Assembly: GCF_009914755.1 (NCBI RefSeq)
Contig: NC_060928.1
DNA: 64,000 nucleotides
DNA from: the human T2T-CHM13v2.0 reference genome, Homo sapiens
Direction: 5' to 3' (one strand)
The stretch's first letter is position 1. Every line of letters begins with the position of its first letter. The position numbers were made by a program, and so were the translations under genes. The notes below the pieces were generated by a model, which saw only the letters and a list, made by a program, of their open reading frames with translations, was not told the origin of the DNA and searched no databases. This document shows, in pieces, positions 16,356 to 32,011 of this stretch.

Positions 16356-18240
16356 TCTCTTTTAATAAACCAACCTTAAATTGTTTGATGCTTTACTTTT
16401 TCACTGAAAAAGTATAATGAAATCTGGAGTCTGAAAATAAGTTATCTCTAAATTAACATCTAATAAAGATACCATAATCTAGAAAATGACAGAAGATGAT
16501 ATAAACCACGGGGCTATTACTAGAGGCAGATATTGGTGGCAAATATGTGTCAATATTTATAGTCTTGAACTTTGGGCTGTTAAATGTGAACTTCAAATAA
16601 GTAATTTTAGTACTCTCTTAATATGTTATTAATATATTTTCCAGCTTTGAATAAAATGGCTTAAAATAATAAATAGGCTATATTTCCTATTCTTGGAGTT
16701 ACATTAAAAGCAAAAGATTTGGAACGTTAACATTTATATCAGGACATGCAGTGGAACTCAGTGAATTAGACCGTGAAGCAGGTCCCCTTGTGAAAAGGTG
16801 ACTTTTGAGATTTAAGATAAAACATAGAAGGGAGAAAGGAATAAAATCTGGCCTCTAGCTCTGTCCTCTTCTGTAAAGTTTATCTCTAAAGAAAAACATA
16901 TATTGTAATCACCGGAATTCTAGATAAATGTAACAGCTCTGAGAGTTGTTTGGTTTTGTTTTTCGGTTCGTTTGCCATTCTGTTTTATTTGACTTTAAGC
17001 CAGCCCCTGCATTTAGTATGTAATGTACCCTGCAGCCTCACCACTCCTCTGAAATTATCGCTATGTCAGGACATGAAAGGTATTCTCATATGTTATTCAA
17101 CAAACCTAATCCTAAAGAAGAAAAACTATTTACTCTAAGATTTTGAAATTTATCTAAATCTAAACAATTTAAGAGTCTCTTTGATAAGAAGTTACTTTTA
17201 TGATTTTTCTAGCTTACAAATTATGTGGTATAAATTATAATAACATGACATGAGATTAATAATGAATATGAGATCGTGTCTTACTTAAACTTATTTGCTT
17301 CGCCATAGTAACTTACAACATGGAAAATGTAGTAAAGATAGCTAATATTAACTATTTGGGAATTATTTGGAACATGTTGACCTTTAATTGTTATGGATAG
17401 TTATTTTTAATAGAAAGGAGATTATTTTTAAATAAGCATATGTTTTGGGAGGTGAGTTAACAAAATGGCATAACCATTACATAAACAAGATGTTCATTAT
17501 ATTCTTAGGTCACGCTATTAGTTCTTGAAACGTGGAAGTTCAAGAAATTTTTCTGGTTGGTGTGGGGGTACCTTGACATTAGAATCCAATCGTTTATTTC
17601 TGTTAAAAGACCATTTTCTTTACTCGGCTTCACCATTAATAGGATCTTTAGCTTGCATTATTTAAAAATATTTTCTAAAAGAGAGATTCACTTTTACAAG
17701 TCATTTATACCACATACTTTTCCATTTTTTTTAGTTTCTACCAAAATTATCTCTTTTGAAAATTGGATTTGTTTACATAGAGAAAATATTCTACATATTA
17801 CAGGCAACAGCAAAATGTAAAAAAATGTTTCATAAAGAAATTTTAAAATTTGGTACCAAGCAAAATGTTGGCAATAAAATTAAAATGATGAGCCAGGAGT
17901 AAACCGCAAATTATACATTTTAAATTTATCTTGCTGAATAAACCCAGGTCTGCTTTGAGGATTTTTCTAAGTTTTGTCTCTGTATTGATATTTAAAACTT
18001 CATTGTGCTTAATTACATATTTTTCTATTGATGTCTTTCATTACACTGATCTTTTCTTCTTCTATGTCTAATCTGCTGTTAATCTCGAGTGAATTTTCCA
18101 CAGTATGCATTAAGTAGATCAGCTCTATAATTTTCAGTTTCTATCTTCTATTTCATTTCTTATTGTGTTTATGTTCCCCTTTAAATGCCTCAGCATACTT
18201 GCAACATTTACAGTAGATGTTTAAAAGCCTTTGTTTGCTG

Positions 18241-18500
18241 GAGAAAAGGAACAGTTTATATTAGACAGGAGGAATTACCATGTGGCCACTACAGTTAGTA
18301 ATAACGTGCTATGCACTTAAAAATTGCTGAGAGTAAGATTTTAAGTATTCTTACCACACACAAAAAAAGAAAGTATGTGAGTTGGTGGATATGTTATTTA
18401 ACTTGATATAATCATTCCACAATGTATACATCATATTTGATGTATACATCAAAACATCATGTTGTAGCTTATAAATATATATGATAAAAATTAATAATAC
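18241..18500 (+). mobile_element. L1MA-type 3' end fragment
   Basis: agacaggaggaat...aaaattgctgagagtaagattttaagtattcttaccacacac...tatgtgag...aatcattccacaatgtatacat. Confidence 0.8.
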
Positions 18501-19574
18501 TTCACAAGTCAAAAAATGGCCTTTGCTACTACCATTATCTCTGTCACTTCTGGGTTTTTTTTTCTAATTTTTCTAGTTACATGTCATATCTACTGCTTTG
18601 TCCCCTGATTTGGTGTTAAGCATTGTGATGGCTATGCTGTTGTTTGTTTAATTTTGTTTTCTTCTGTAAGACTGCTGAAGATTGGCCTGGGAAGAAGCTA
18701 ACTTGCTTGTGGATAATTTTAAACATTTAATAGCCTGTTTATAGACTCTGTTTTGATGGGTCTAATATAGCCTTTATCTTAGCCTAGTTTAAGCTTAATA
18801 CAAGGCATGGCCTTTCTTGATGCTTGGAGTATTCCTCATGGTTTCTCTATTCAGACTGAATGGGATTTGAATGGTTTATTCTGATAAACTGGGTAATTTA
18901 TTACCCTTTAACTTCATGGTTTTTTTTATTTGCTTGGCTTCATGAATCGTAATCATATTGCATGTGAAAATTAATATTCAACTAAAGACTCAAGGGCACC
19001 TCATGCATTTTCCTGGAGATAGTCTTACCAAACTCCTATCTCTTTGGTCTCTGTTCTGCAAATTCTAGCTGAGTTGGCTTTGTAAAATATATGTGTTCCC
19101 CAAATAAGTAAGTCACTAGGCTGTGCTTCTGTTTTCTCTGCCCATACTACAGGTCAGAAAATTGCTTCCAAGTGGTAACCTGTGTAAACTGTAGAGCATA
19201 CTTTTTTGTTTCCCTTTTCTGAGGAAACTAGTCTTATACTTCTTATTGTCTCAATCTCTGAAAGTAGCATTGTTGTAAGTTTTGTCCAATTCTCTTATAG
19301 TTTACAATGTGAAAGCCAGTTATAAACCAGGTATTCATTCATGTCCAAAAATTGAAGTCTTATGATATTTTTAACTTTTAACTAAGAAAAAGATTTTTTT
19401 AACACATTCCCCACCCTTGACACTATTGCTTTCTCCAAATTTATTTTCCATCTGACATTTTCTTTCAGCCTGTAGAAGTTTCTTTACTATTGCTTGTAAA
19501 AAAATATTTGCTACTGATAGATTCTGTAAATTCTTGTTTGTCTTTAAAATATTTTATATTACCTTAATTTTTAA

Positions 19575-19770
19575 CTAATAATCTTCATCTTTACAGAAGC
19601 TTTAAGTTCACAGCAAAATTGATCAGAAAGTACATGAAACTCCCATATACTCTCTGTCCTCACAACATGCAATCTCCACTATTGACACCTCTCACCACAA
19701 TGGTACATTTGTTACCATCAATGAACTTAGAATGGCACCCAAAGTCTATAGTTTACATCAGGCTTTATTC
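19575..19770 (-). mobile_element. L1MC/MD-type 3' end fragment
   Basis: ttaagttcacagcaaaattgatcagaaagtac...tggtacatttgttacc...cccaaagtctatagtttacat. Confidence 0.75.
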
Positions 19771-19977
19771 TTGCTTCCTGATTTTTGAAAGATATTCTTA
19801 TTGAATATAGAATTCAAAGTTGACAGGGTTTTTTGTTTATTTTGTTTTGGTTTTGTTTTGTTTCTGTGAATCCTTTATGTAGTTTCATTGACTTCTTGCT
19901 TTAATTCTTTCTGATTAAAAGTGTACAAACAATTTGATCTTTGCTCAACTATATGTAATGTGACTAGAATAATGTCC

Positions 19978-20760
<783 letters not shown>

Positions 20761-20881
20761 TTCTTACCCACAAATGATGTTTATTTCTTTGACTCTTTCA
20801 AAATTTTTTTCCTCACTGATACAGAGTTTTATCAGTATGAATATAATGTACTTGATATTCAAACTTTCAAACTGATGAAAC

Positions 20882-20919
20882 TGTGTGTGTGTGTGTGCAC
20901 GCATATGTGTGTGTGTGTG
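20882..20919. repeat. Interrupted (TG)n microsatellite
   Basis: Seen directly. Confidence 0.9.
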
Positions 20920-22140
20920 TTTATCCCTCTTGGGACGTGTTTAGTTTCTTTGAATCTGTGGATTTATAGTTTCATAAATGTTGAAATGTTTTAGCAGTTA
21001 TTTCTTTTAATATACTTTTCTGCTGCCCCTTCTCCTAGAACCTTTCCTTGTGAGAATAGATTCACATTATACCATGGGTTACTGAGATTGTTCTTTTCTT
21101 TTTTCCCAATTTTACTTCTCTCTAAGTTTAATTTTGCACAGTATCAGTTGCTTTGTTTTCTAGTAAGCTAATATTTTTTTGGAATGGTCTAATTTTTGAG
21201 CCTCCTTACTGATGTTTTTATGGGATGAAATGTCAAAAAAATTCATCACTAGATTGTATCATTTTTATATTTCCAGTGTATCTTCATCTTATGATATTTT
21301 ACCTGAATTGATATATATGTTTCAAATAGCTGTTTTCCATCTTTTTAAAACTAATTTCCTTATCATTGTCACTTTCAGGTATGCTTCTATTAACTTTTTT
21401 TCCCCCTGATTTTGCATATTTTACTGCTTTTTATCATACCTAGTAAATTTTTAGTGAATGCCAGACAACAATGCCACATTGGTTCATATTTGCATTTTAA
21501 TATTATTCTTTAAATATTATTAGCTTTTGTTTTAGTTGGCAGTTATATTACTTGCAGATCTACTCAGTTCATTCAAAACTTATTTAAAAGCCTTTAGTGG
21601 TAATTAAAGAGTAACCTTTATTTGAGAGTTAGTTTATTTCTAATACTAAAGGTTACTTCTTCAGTCATCTTTACAATGAGATTTCTTCCTCTGGAATATC
21701 AAAATTTTATTGTCTTCCAGGCTTGCACTAAGTATTATTCAGCTGATACCTTTTTTGGGAATTTGTTTCCTGGTCTCATGTAGTTTCATATTATGCATAG
21801 GCAGATTAGAATTCAGCTAAAAAATTGAAGTGACTACTGCATAGTTCTCTGGAACTCTTTTTCTCCATAGATCTGTGTTCTCTAGTATTTCAATTTCAGT
21901 CCCCCAAAACTCTTATCTCTCTCTACATAACTCAGCAAGACCACTTTTTGTTGATTGAATTTCATTTCTCTTATCAAATTTTGTAAATTATCTTCTAACA
22001 GAAATCCTTTGCGTTTGTGGGAATTTAGCTTATTTTTGTGTTCTTTTGTTTTTCTTTAGCTCAAGGTTCACAGTCCTGCACACATTCTTATCTAGTTTCT
22101 GAAAATGGTGGGAAAATTCATTTTGTAGTAGTTATTGCAT

Positions 22141-22730
22141 TGTGGTTGCCAATTGTTACCTTTCTGTCTATTTTTATTTCTGAAATACCATCAGTGAGAT
22201 GGACTCCCAATGATGTCCACCTTCTAGTTTTCACCAGTTTGCTTACTCTCTTCCTTTGGGTGTGAGGGATACCTTGACTTCTTTCCAGCCAATAGACAGC
22301 AAAGATAATAGGTATCGCTACTGTGATAATGTTACATTATGTGACTCTCACTCTTCCTTGGTAGTTTCAAAGAAACAAACTTCTGTAAAGTAAGTAACCA
22401 TTTTTGAAAATCCCACATTGCAAGATACTGTACCTCCAGGATCTTTGAACAGCCAGCTAGCAAAAAACTAAAACCTCAGTTTGGAAGTCAGAAAGAAATA
22501 AATTTTGCCAACAACTTACATGAGACTGGGAACAGTTTTTCTCTCCCAAGTGAGCCACCAGATGACAATGCAGCACAACCAACATCAGGACTGTAACCTG
22601 ATAAGAGAAGGGTAACCTGATCAGTGGACACAGCTGATTTGTGTCTGGACTTCCAATCCATTAACACTGTATTGTTTTAAGCCACTAAGTTTGTTTAAAT
22701 TTGTTGTGCACCAGTAAATAACTAATAATA
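22141..22730 (+). mobile_element. MLT1 (MLT1H-like) MaLR solo LTR
   Basis: agatggactcccaatgat...aattttgccaacaactt...tattgttttaagccactaagtttg...taactaata terminus. Confidence 0.75.
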
Positions 22731-23844
22731 GAACCAAAGCACCTCTTATTTGAAGTCAGAATAGTTAGATTCATTGACCTACAATATTCTGTTTCAGCTC
22801 TGATTCTATCTAGTTAAGTCATTTTGAAGACTAAACTTTAATTCCAGAGGATACTATTTTGGTAAATGAGAGAATATTTGATGGTTAAATTTAAACATTA
22901 AATACATCTTCTTTAGATTTACCATATGCTATGTCTCCTTTTAATATATCTGTCTTTTATTTTTTGATCTAGAAAAGGACTTAAAACCACTTAGAACATT
23001 TTCTTCATTTCACAGATTAGTAAAATAGAAAGGTGATCTGTGCTAATATTTCAACCAATGACTTTCCAAAATTATAATCTAGATTTTCTAACCCACATGC
23101 TGTGTATTCTATAATAGTGATAAAAAACATATAAACTTAAGCTAATTATAGGAACTATACAAGGCATATGAAGTATTAGGATATAATGTAGACCCATATT
23201 TACTAAATTACTGCAATTGGAACATTAGCTGTGAAAGGCACTCTGAAAGAAAATTATTTGCTATTAAACATATTTGACAAAATTCTTTTATTTTATTATT
23301 ATTATTGTTTAGAGGACCAATTCCTTGAAAGACATAATCTTTCAAAACTAACACAAGAAAAAATAGACAATCACAATAGTACTATACTACCAAAGAAATT
23401 GAATTAAAAATCTCATAAAAAAGAAAAGCACAGCCTAAATGAATTCACTGGTGAACTCTATCAAACATTTAAGGAAAAAATTATGCAAATTCTCTACAAC
23501 CCTTCCAAGAAGACAGAAACAGAGGGAATACTTCCTAAATTATCCTTTGTTGCCAGCATTACTCTAATATCAATGCCAAAGATATTAAAAGAAAATAAAA
23601 CAACAAACTAACATCTTTCATGAACATAATGCAAAAATCCTCAACAAAACATTAGCAAATAGAACTTAAAAATATGCAAAAATAATTATACACCAATATC
23701 AAGTGATATTATTCCCAGTTATGCAAAACTGATTTTCAAAGTTTGAAAATCATTTAATGTAATATCTCACATCCACAGGTGAAAAAAATCCAAACAATCA
23801 TATCAATAGACAGAGAAAAAGCATTTGATAAAGTCCGTCAACCG

Positions 23845-23889
23845 TGATAAAAACTCACATGATAAAAACTCACATGATAAAAACTCACA
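23845..23889. repeat. Three perfect tandem copies of tgataaaaactcaca (15 bp)
   Basis: Copies start at 23845, 23860 and 23875. Confidence 0.95.
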
Positions 23890-25107
23890 AAAGGAATGGA
23901 GGAAAGCTTCCTGAATTCTATAAAGAACATCTAAAAATCCCTATAATTAACATCATGTGTAATGATGAGAACCTAGGAATGTTCCAAGATGAGGAGCAAG
24001 GCAAGGATATTGGCTTTCACCACTCTTTTTCAATGTTTTACTGGAAGTCCTAGCAAATGCAATAAAACAGGAAATGAAAAAAGGGTACATTGGTAAGGAA
24101 GAAATAAAACTGTCTATATTCATAGTGGCATATTATCTATGCACAAAATTTAAAGCAACTGACAAATAAGACACCTAGAACTCATAAGTGAGTATAGCAA
24201 GGTTACAGAATAAGAGGTTAATATAGAGAAGTCAATTGTTTTCCTCTATTTCAGCAATTACTAAATGGGATTTGAGAATAAAAACACAATATAATTTACA
24301 CTAACACCTTCCCTCAAATAAAATACCATACTTAGGTAAAATACTATCAAAATATATACAAGCTCTATGTGAGGAAAACTATGAAACTCTGATGAACAAA
24401 ATCAGAGGAGAACTAAATAAATGGATAGTTTATGACCATGGATAAGAAGACTCAATATTGCCATTATGTCAGTTCTTCCCAACTTGACTCATAGAACTGA
24501 TGCAATTCCAGTCAGATCTCAGCAAGTTCTTTTGTAGATATTGACAAACTGATTCTAAAGTTTATATGAAGAGGCAAAAGACCCAGAATAGCCAATCTAC
24601 AATACTGAAGAAGAGCAAAGGAATAGAACTGATACAACCCAAAGTCAAGACTTACCATAAGGAGACAGTAATGAAGGCAGCATGGTATTGATGAAAGGAT
24701 AGGCAAATAAACCAATGGAACAGAACAGAGAGCTCAGAAATAAGCCTGCATAAATGTAATCAACTGATTTTTGATAGAGGACCAAAGGTAATACAGTTGA
24801 ACAAAGATAGCCTTTTCAACTAAGGGTACAGAAACACCTGAACATGCGCATGCAAAATAAATAAATTTGGACACAGACCTTGTACCATAATAAAAACAAA
24901 CTCAAAATAGATTATAGGACGTCACGCAGAATTCAAAAATACAAAAGTCCTAAATGGTAACCTACCTATGTTAACATATAGATAGACATCATGTGGAAGA
25001 AAATATAGTGATCTTCAATATGGCAATTATTTTTATATATGATACCAAAGGCATGTTCTGTGAAAGAAATAATTGGTAGGTTGCACTTCATTAAAATTAT
25101 AAACTAG

Positions 25108-25424
<317 letters not shown>

Positions 25425-26845
25425 TTATAAACTTGTGTTCTGTGAAAGATGCTGTCAAGAGAATATGACAAACCACGCCACTGGAAGAAAATATTTGCAA
25501 AACACACATTTAATAAAGAACAGTATCCAACATGTACATGAAACTCTTACAGCTCAACAATAAAAAAAAAACAACTAACTTTAAAAAATGGACAAAAGAG
25601 CTGAACAGACACCTCACCAAAAAAGATATAAAGATGGCAAATAAACTTAAAAAATGCTCTACATCATATGTAATTAGGAAACTGCAAATTAAAATAATGA
25701 GTTACCACCACATACATTTTAGAATGGCCAAAATCTGGAACACTGATGACACCGAATGCTGGTGAGGGTGTGGAACAACAGGAACTCTCATTCATTGCTG
25801 GTGGGAATGCAAAATGCTACAGCCACTTTGGAATACAGATTGATACTTTTTTACAAAACTAAACATACACTTACTGTATGATCCAGTAATTGCACTCCTT
25901 GGTATTTACACAAAGGCGTTGAAACTTACGTCCACACACAAAGAAACTGCACAGATATGTTTATAACAACTATATTTATAATTTATAATTTAGCGATTTA
26001 TAATTGCTAAAATTTGGAAGCAAACAAGGTGTCCTTTAACAGGTGAATAGATAAATATACTATGTTACATTCAGATAATGACTTATTATTCAGTGCTAAA
26101 AACCATGAAAATACATAGAAGAATCTTAAATGGACATTGTTCAGTGAAAGAATGCAATCCGACAAAGCTATGTTACCACATGATTTGAACCATATGACAT
26201 TCTGAAAAAGGCAAAACTATGCAGACAGTAAAAAGATTAGCGATTGCCAATAATGTGGGGTGGGGAAGAAGTAAAGTGAAGGACAGAATTTTTAAGCAGT
26301 GAAAACTTATCTGTATGATACCATGATAATGGATACATGGTATTACACATTTTTCAAAACCCATAGAATATACCAAGACTGAACAAATGTAAACTATGAA
26401 CTGTGGGTGATAATGATGTGCCAGTGTAGATTCATTTATTATAATAAATGTAGCACTCTGGTGTGATACATTGATAATCAAGAAGAAGCCTGCAGGAATG
26501 TGGGGTTGTGGGATACATGAGAACTCTCTGTTCTTTCTGTTTAATTTCGCTATGAACCTATAATTTCTCTAAAAATAAAGTATATTTTAAATTGAGATTA
26601 TATAATAAAAATACATATTTATATTATACATGTTTGCAATACTGTTCCTACAGTTAAAGCCCACCAACAAATATCTTGTTCAGCTCAATATTTCCTACAT
26701 GTATGTTACTGCTGGATTCATTTTTATATAACATTTATTTATATACCCTGGGCCTAGTATTCCATACAGTATTTTTAAAGTCACTACATTTGAATATAAT
26801 AGTCATAAAGAAAGTTTACAGAAACCTAATGTATATTTTATTCTC

Positions 26846-26888
<43 letters not shown>
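26846..26888. repeat. (TG)n microsatellite
   Basis: Seen directly. Confidence 0.95.
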
Positions 26889-27132
26889 CTCTGTGTGTAT
26901 TTCATGAATTTCACAACTTTTTAAATTAAAAAGTGATATAAATTACTTTTTAAAACAAGCATAAAAATAAGTAATTGATGTATGTAAAGTAACAGCAACA
27001 AATCAAACGTAGAATGTACTCCTATTTCTTGACTCATAGTGTCAGGACAATTTCACTGTCAAACGAAGCATCTATAGTTATCTAAAGGAGCTGAGCAGCT
27101 TAGAGTTTGTGCTTTTCTCTAATCTACCCCCT

Positions 27133-27150
27133 ACAGACACACACGTACAC

Positions 27151-27182
<32 letters not shown>
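27133..27182. repeat. (CA)n microsatellite
   Basis: Seen directly. Confidence 0.95.
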
Positions 27183-27599
27183 CCCCCAATTACCATATTG
27201 TGTATAAAGGCCATGGCAGTTGATCTCTGTCTCCGATCTTCATCAGAATCCTATTGTGCTTCCCTGGTTTTACAGAAGCCTGCTCTCTCCTAGTAACTGT
27301 GCACTGACATATGCCTAATACTTTTGACTTGACCTTCTGCCACTCACTTTCAACTTGGTTTTGAATCCTGGCACTTAAATTGCTCCTTCTATTCTGTCTT
27401 TGTTTCCTGTCTATTTCTTCCCACTCTGTTTGGAAACTTTGTTGATGACCTCAGGCTGTGCACTTGGATTTTATGCCCTGTTTGCTCCTTTCCTGTTGCC
27501 ACAATATCATTAGATTGGAGCACGTCATCTCTCTCCGGATTTACAATATCTGTGCCGTCTAACCTCCTGTGCTTGGGTCTGTGCCTGCCAGACATTCAC

Positions 27600-28112
27600 T
27601 GTCTTCAAGGCCCTTCCAGTTGGACTCCTGATCTTGGCTTTCACTGTTCTGCCCCAGCTGGCTCTGTGACAGTTTCCAATACTTAGCAGACATGAGTGAA
27701 GGCCTCCATTTCCTGTCACAGCATTTTGTAAGTCAAATATAATACTTCCTGCAAATTCACTGGGCCTATCTTCAATGCAGTGCAGTGGTATTTGCAAATG
27801 ACACCTTGTAGATGAGGTCTTCCCTCAACATATATTTAAAATGCCAAATTTTCCCCCTCATCACGCCTTCAATCCCCTTCCCTGACTTTATTTATTTATT
27901 TTTATCGAGAACACGTACAACTTTCCATCATACTAGATAACATACTTATCTATTTCACACAGTTTCTGCCTCCTTGCCTGGAATATTAGCTCCATGAGTT
28001 CAGGGTTTTGTTTCTTTTTCTTCCTTCTATATCTCATTCATCTGGAAGTGTGTCTTATCCATAGTAGGCACTTACTATATATGTGCTATGTAAAAGCAAA
28101 AATGAATGAATA
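27600..28112 (+). mobile_element. L2 3' end
   Basis: tctgcctcc...tagctccatgagttcaggg...catagtaggcactt...aatgaatgaat terminus. Confidence 0.7.
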
Positions 28113-28845
28113 CGACTGAACCCTTGCTATGGTAAATTGGGGGTAATAATGCTGCAACCAACAATGGAAACGTGGTGCTCAGACATTTTAAACACTGAAA
28201 CTGGGCCATTGTGGTATTCCCTAAAAACTTAGAAGAAAATTTATATTCTGGGCATCCATGTTTGCTATGATCTCACTGACAGTTTTCCAGCGGGGAAATC
28301 AAAATTTTTGGCTTGTTGACACATTCTTAAAAATAAAGTGAGCACCTTTTAAAAAATACACAGATCTCAATTAAATAATTGAAAGTTAAACGTTGTCTAG
28401 CTTACTCTCTTTTCATTATTTATTTCATGAGAAGAAAATCACATTACTCAGTGATTCCAAACCTTGAATCTCATGAAAAGGGCAATTTATTTTTCACCAT
28501 TTCTTTATTCTCCTGCCTTTTGTAGCTAATAATAAGTTTTTTCCTCAGTAAAATTTTTAAAGTTTGGAATCTCTCAGTTAAGAGGAGTGGTTATTCCTCC
28601 TTCAATACATTTTTAAGTTTATTATACTTATTTTAGAAAAGATTCATTCACAGAAAATATAGTTGAAAATCTCAGAGAGCTCCTAATTCTTTCAAACCAC
28701 TATATAAAAACTATAGCATATTTTGTTCAAGTCAAAGACAATATACCAAGTCAAAGACTACACACTTCTTTAGGAAACTATGTTCAGCACATGATAAGGC
28801 AAAATTAAAGTAACTATTTTAATTCCATTTGAATTCACTTTTCCA

Positions 28846-31185
28846 GAATGGTTTAATATCCACAAGTCAATAAACATGATACATCACATAAACAGAATTT
28901 TTAAAAAATCACATGATCATCTCAATAGATGCAGAAAAAGCATTTGACAAAATCCAGCATCTCTTTTATAATTAAATCCCTCAGCAAAATTGGCATAGAA
29001 GGAGCATACTGTAAGGTAATAAAAGCCATCTATGACAAACCCACAGCCAACATGGTACTGAATTGGGAAAAGTTGAAAGCATTCCCCCTGATAACTGTAA
29101 CAATACAAGGATTCTCACTTTCACCTCTTCTATTCAACATAGTACTGTAAGTTCTAACCAGAGAATTCAGGCGAGAGAAACAAATCAAGGACATCCAAAT
29201 TGGTAAAGAGGAATTCAAACTGTCACTATTTGCTGATGGCATGATCATATACCTAGAAAACCCTAAACACTCATGCAAAAAGTATCTAGAAGTGATAAAT
29301 GCATTCAGCCAAGTTTCTGGATACAAAGTTAATGTACACAAATCAATATTTTTGCTATACACCAATAGTGAGCCAGCTGAGAATCAAATCGAGAACTCAA
29401 TTCCTTTACAATGCTGCAAAAAGTAAATATAAGATACTTAGGAATATACTTAACCAAGGAGGTGAAAGACCTGTACAAGGAAAACTGCAAACACTGCTGA
29501 AAGAAATCATAGATGACACAAACAAATGGATTCATGTTTATGAGTATAAGCATGGATGTGTGGAATCAATATTGTGAAAATGACCATACTGCCAAAGCAA
29601 TCTACAAATTCAATGCAATTCCCATCAAAATACTACCATCATTCTTCACAGAACTAGTAAAAACAATCCTAAAATTCATATGAACTGAAAATGAGTACAC
29701 ATAGCCAAAGCAAAACTAAGCAAAAAGAACAAATCTGGAGGCATCACATTATCCAACTTCAAACTATACTATAAGGCCATAGTCACCAAAACAGTATGGT
29801 ACTGGTATAAAAATAGCCACATAGGCCAGTGAAAAAGAATAGAGAACCCAGAAATAAAGCCAAATACTTACAATTAACTGACTTCCGACAAAGCAAACAA
29901 AAACATAAAGTGGGGAAAGGACATCCTATTCAGCAAATGGCACTGGGATAATTGGCAAGCCGCATGTAGAAGAATAAAACTGGATCCTCATCTCTCACCT
30001 TATATAAAAACCAACTTAAGAGAGATCAAAGACTTAAATCTAAAATCTGAAGCCATAAAGATTCTAGAAGATAGCATTGGAAAAACCCTTCTAGACATTG
30101 GCTTAGGCAAAGACTTCATGACCAAGGCCAAAAGCAAGTGCAATAAAAACAAAGATAAATAGATGCAACTTATAAACTAAAAAGTTTCTGCACAGCAATA
30201 GAAATAATCAGCAGAATAAACAGACAACCCACAGAGTGGGAGAAAATCTTTATAACCTATACATCTGACAAAAGACTAATATCCAGAATCTACAAAGAAC
30301 TCAGACAAATCAGCAAGAAAAAAAAAATCCCATCAAAAAGTGGGCTAAGGACATGAATAGGCAATTCTCAAAAGAATATATACAAATGGCCAACAAGCAT
30401 GTGGAAAAATGTTCAGCATCACTAATTACCAGGGAAATGCACATCAAAACCACAATGCAATACCATCTCACTGCTGTAAGAATGGCTATAATAAAAAATA
30501 AACAATAATAGATATTGGCATGGATGTGGTGAAAAAGGAATATTTTTACACTGTTGGTGGGAATGTAAACAACCCACCAACCACTATGGAAAACAGTGTG
30601 GAGATTCCTTACAGAACTAAAAGTACATATACCATTTGATCCTGCAATCCCACTATTAGGTATCTAACCAGAGGAAAAGAAGTCATTATACTAAAAAGTT
30701 ACTTGCACACACATGTTTATAGCAGTACAATTCATAATTGCAAAAATATGGAACCAGCCCAAATGCCCATCAATCAACAAGTGATGTAAAATGTGGTGTA
30801 CATGTATACATATATACTCACACCATGGAATACTACTTACCCATAAAACTGAACAAAATAATGGCATTCACAGCAAACTGGATGGAATTGGAGAGTATTA
30901 TTCTAAGTGAAAGTATCTCGAGAATGTAAAAACCAAACAATGTGTGTTCTCACTCATAAGTGGGAGCTAAGCTATAAGGATGCAAAGGCATAAAAATGAT
31001 ACAATGGACTATGGGGACTCGAGGAAAGGGTGGGAGGGGACTGAAGGGTAAAAGACTACACATTGGGTACAGTGTACACTGCTTGGGTGATGGGTGAACC
31101 AAAATCTCAGGCGTCACCACTAAAGAAGTTACCCATGTAATCAAACACCATCTGTTCCCCAAAGACCTACTGAAATAAAAAACAA
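28846..31185 (+). mobile_element. L1PB1-like LINE-1, 5'-truncated, about 2.3 kb
   Basis: RT remnant (gatgcagaaaaagcatttgacaaaat; ctatttgctgatggcatgatc, degenerate FADD) and 3' UTR aaagactacacattgggtacagtgtacactgcttgggtgatggg...ctactgaaataaaaa. Confidence 0.93.
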
Positions 31186-31383
31186 AGTTAAAAAGTTAAT
31201 AAAATTAAATAATAAAATTATTTAAATAAAATAAATGAACTTAAAATCTACTTATTTTCTTAATATTTACATTATCTAATGATGTTTTTATTTTAAATAA
31301 GTTACAAAAAATTCACATTTTTATATGTACACACTATATATCTTTAAATTACATATATGTATACTTCTAAAAACCATGAAACA

Positions 31384-31717
<334 letters not shown>

Positions 31718-32011
31718 TTAACACCATACTTAAGGTAGAGTTAAGGACTTTGCCACGTTCATAATGAACATAGCTGTTTAAGAAGGGAAACTTTCCATAT
31801 AGAAAGGCAAAGTTCGGTTTGACTCATTTCCTTCTATTTTCCTAGTAGTTAACTTACCATACTTCTTCTTAAGTGAAAAACTGTGCCAGTATGTTTTGAG
31901 GTTTGGGGGAATAGTATGTAAACTCAAATGTACTTCTCAACTTACTGTTGCCTTACACTCTCTTCACTCTACCAAAGCTGCTGTATCAAAGTTTCACTTT
32001 CAGCTACTGCA

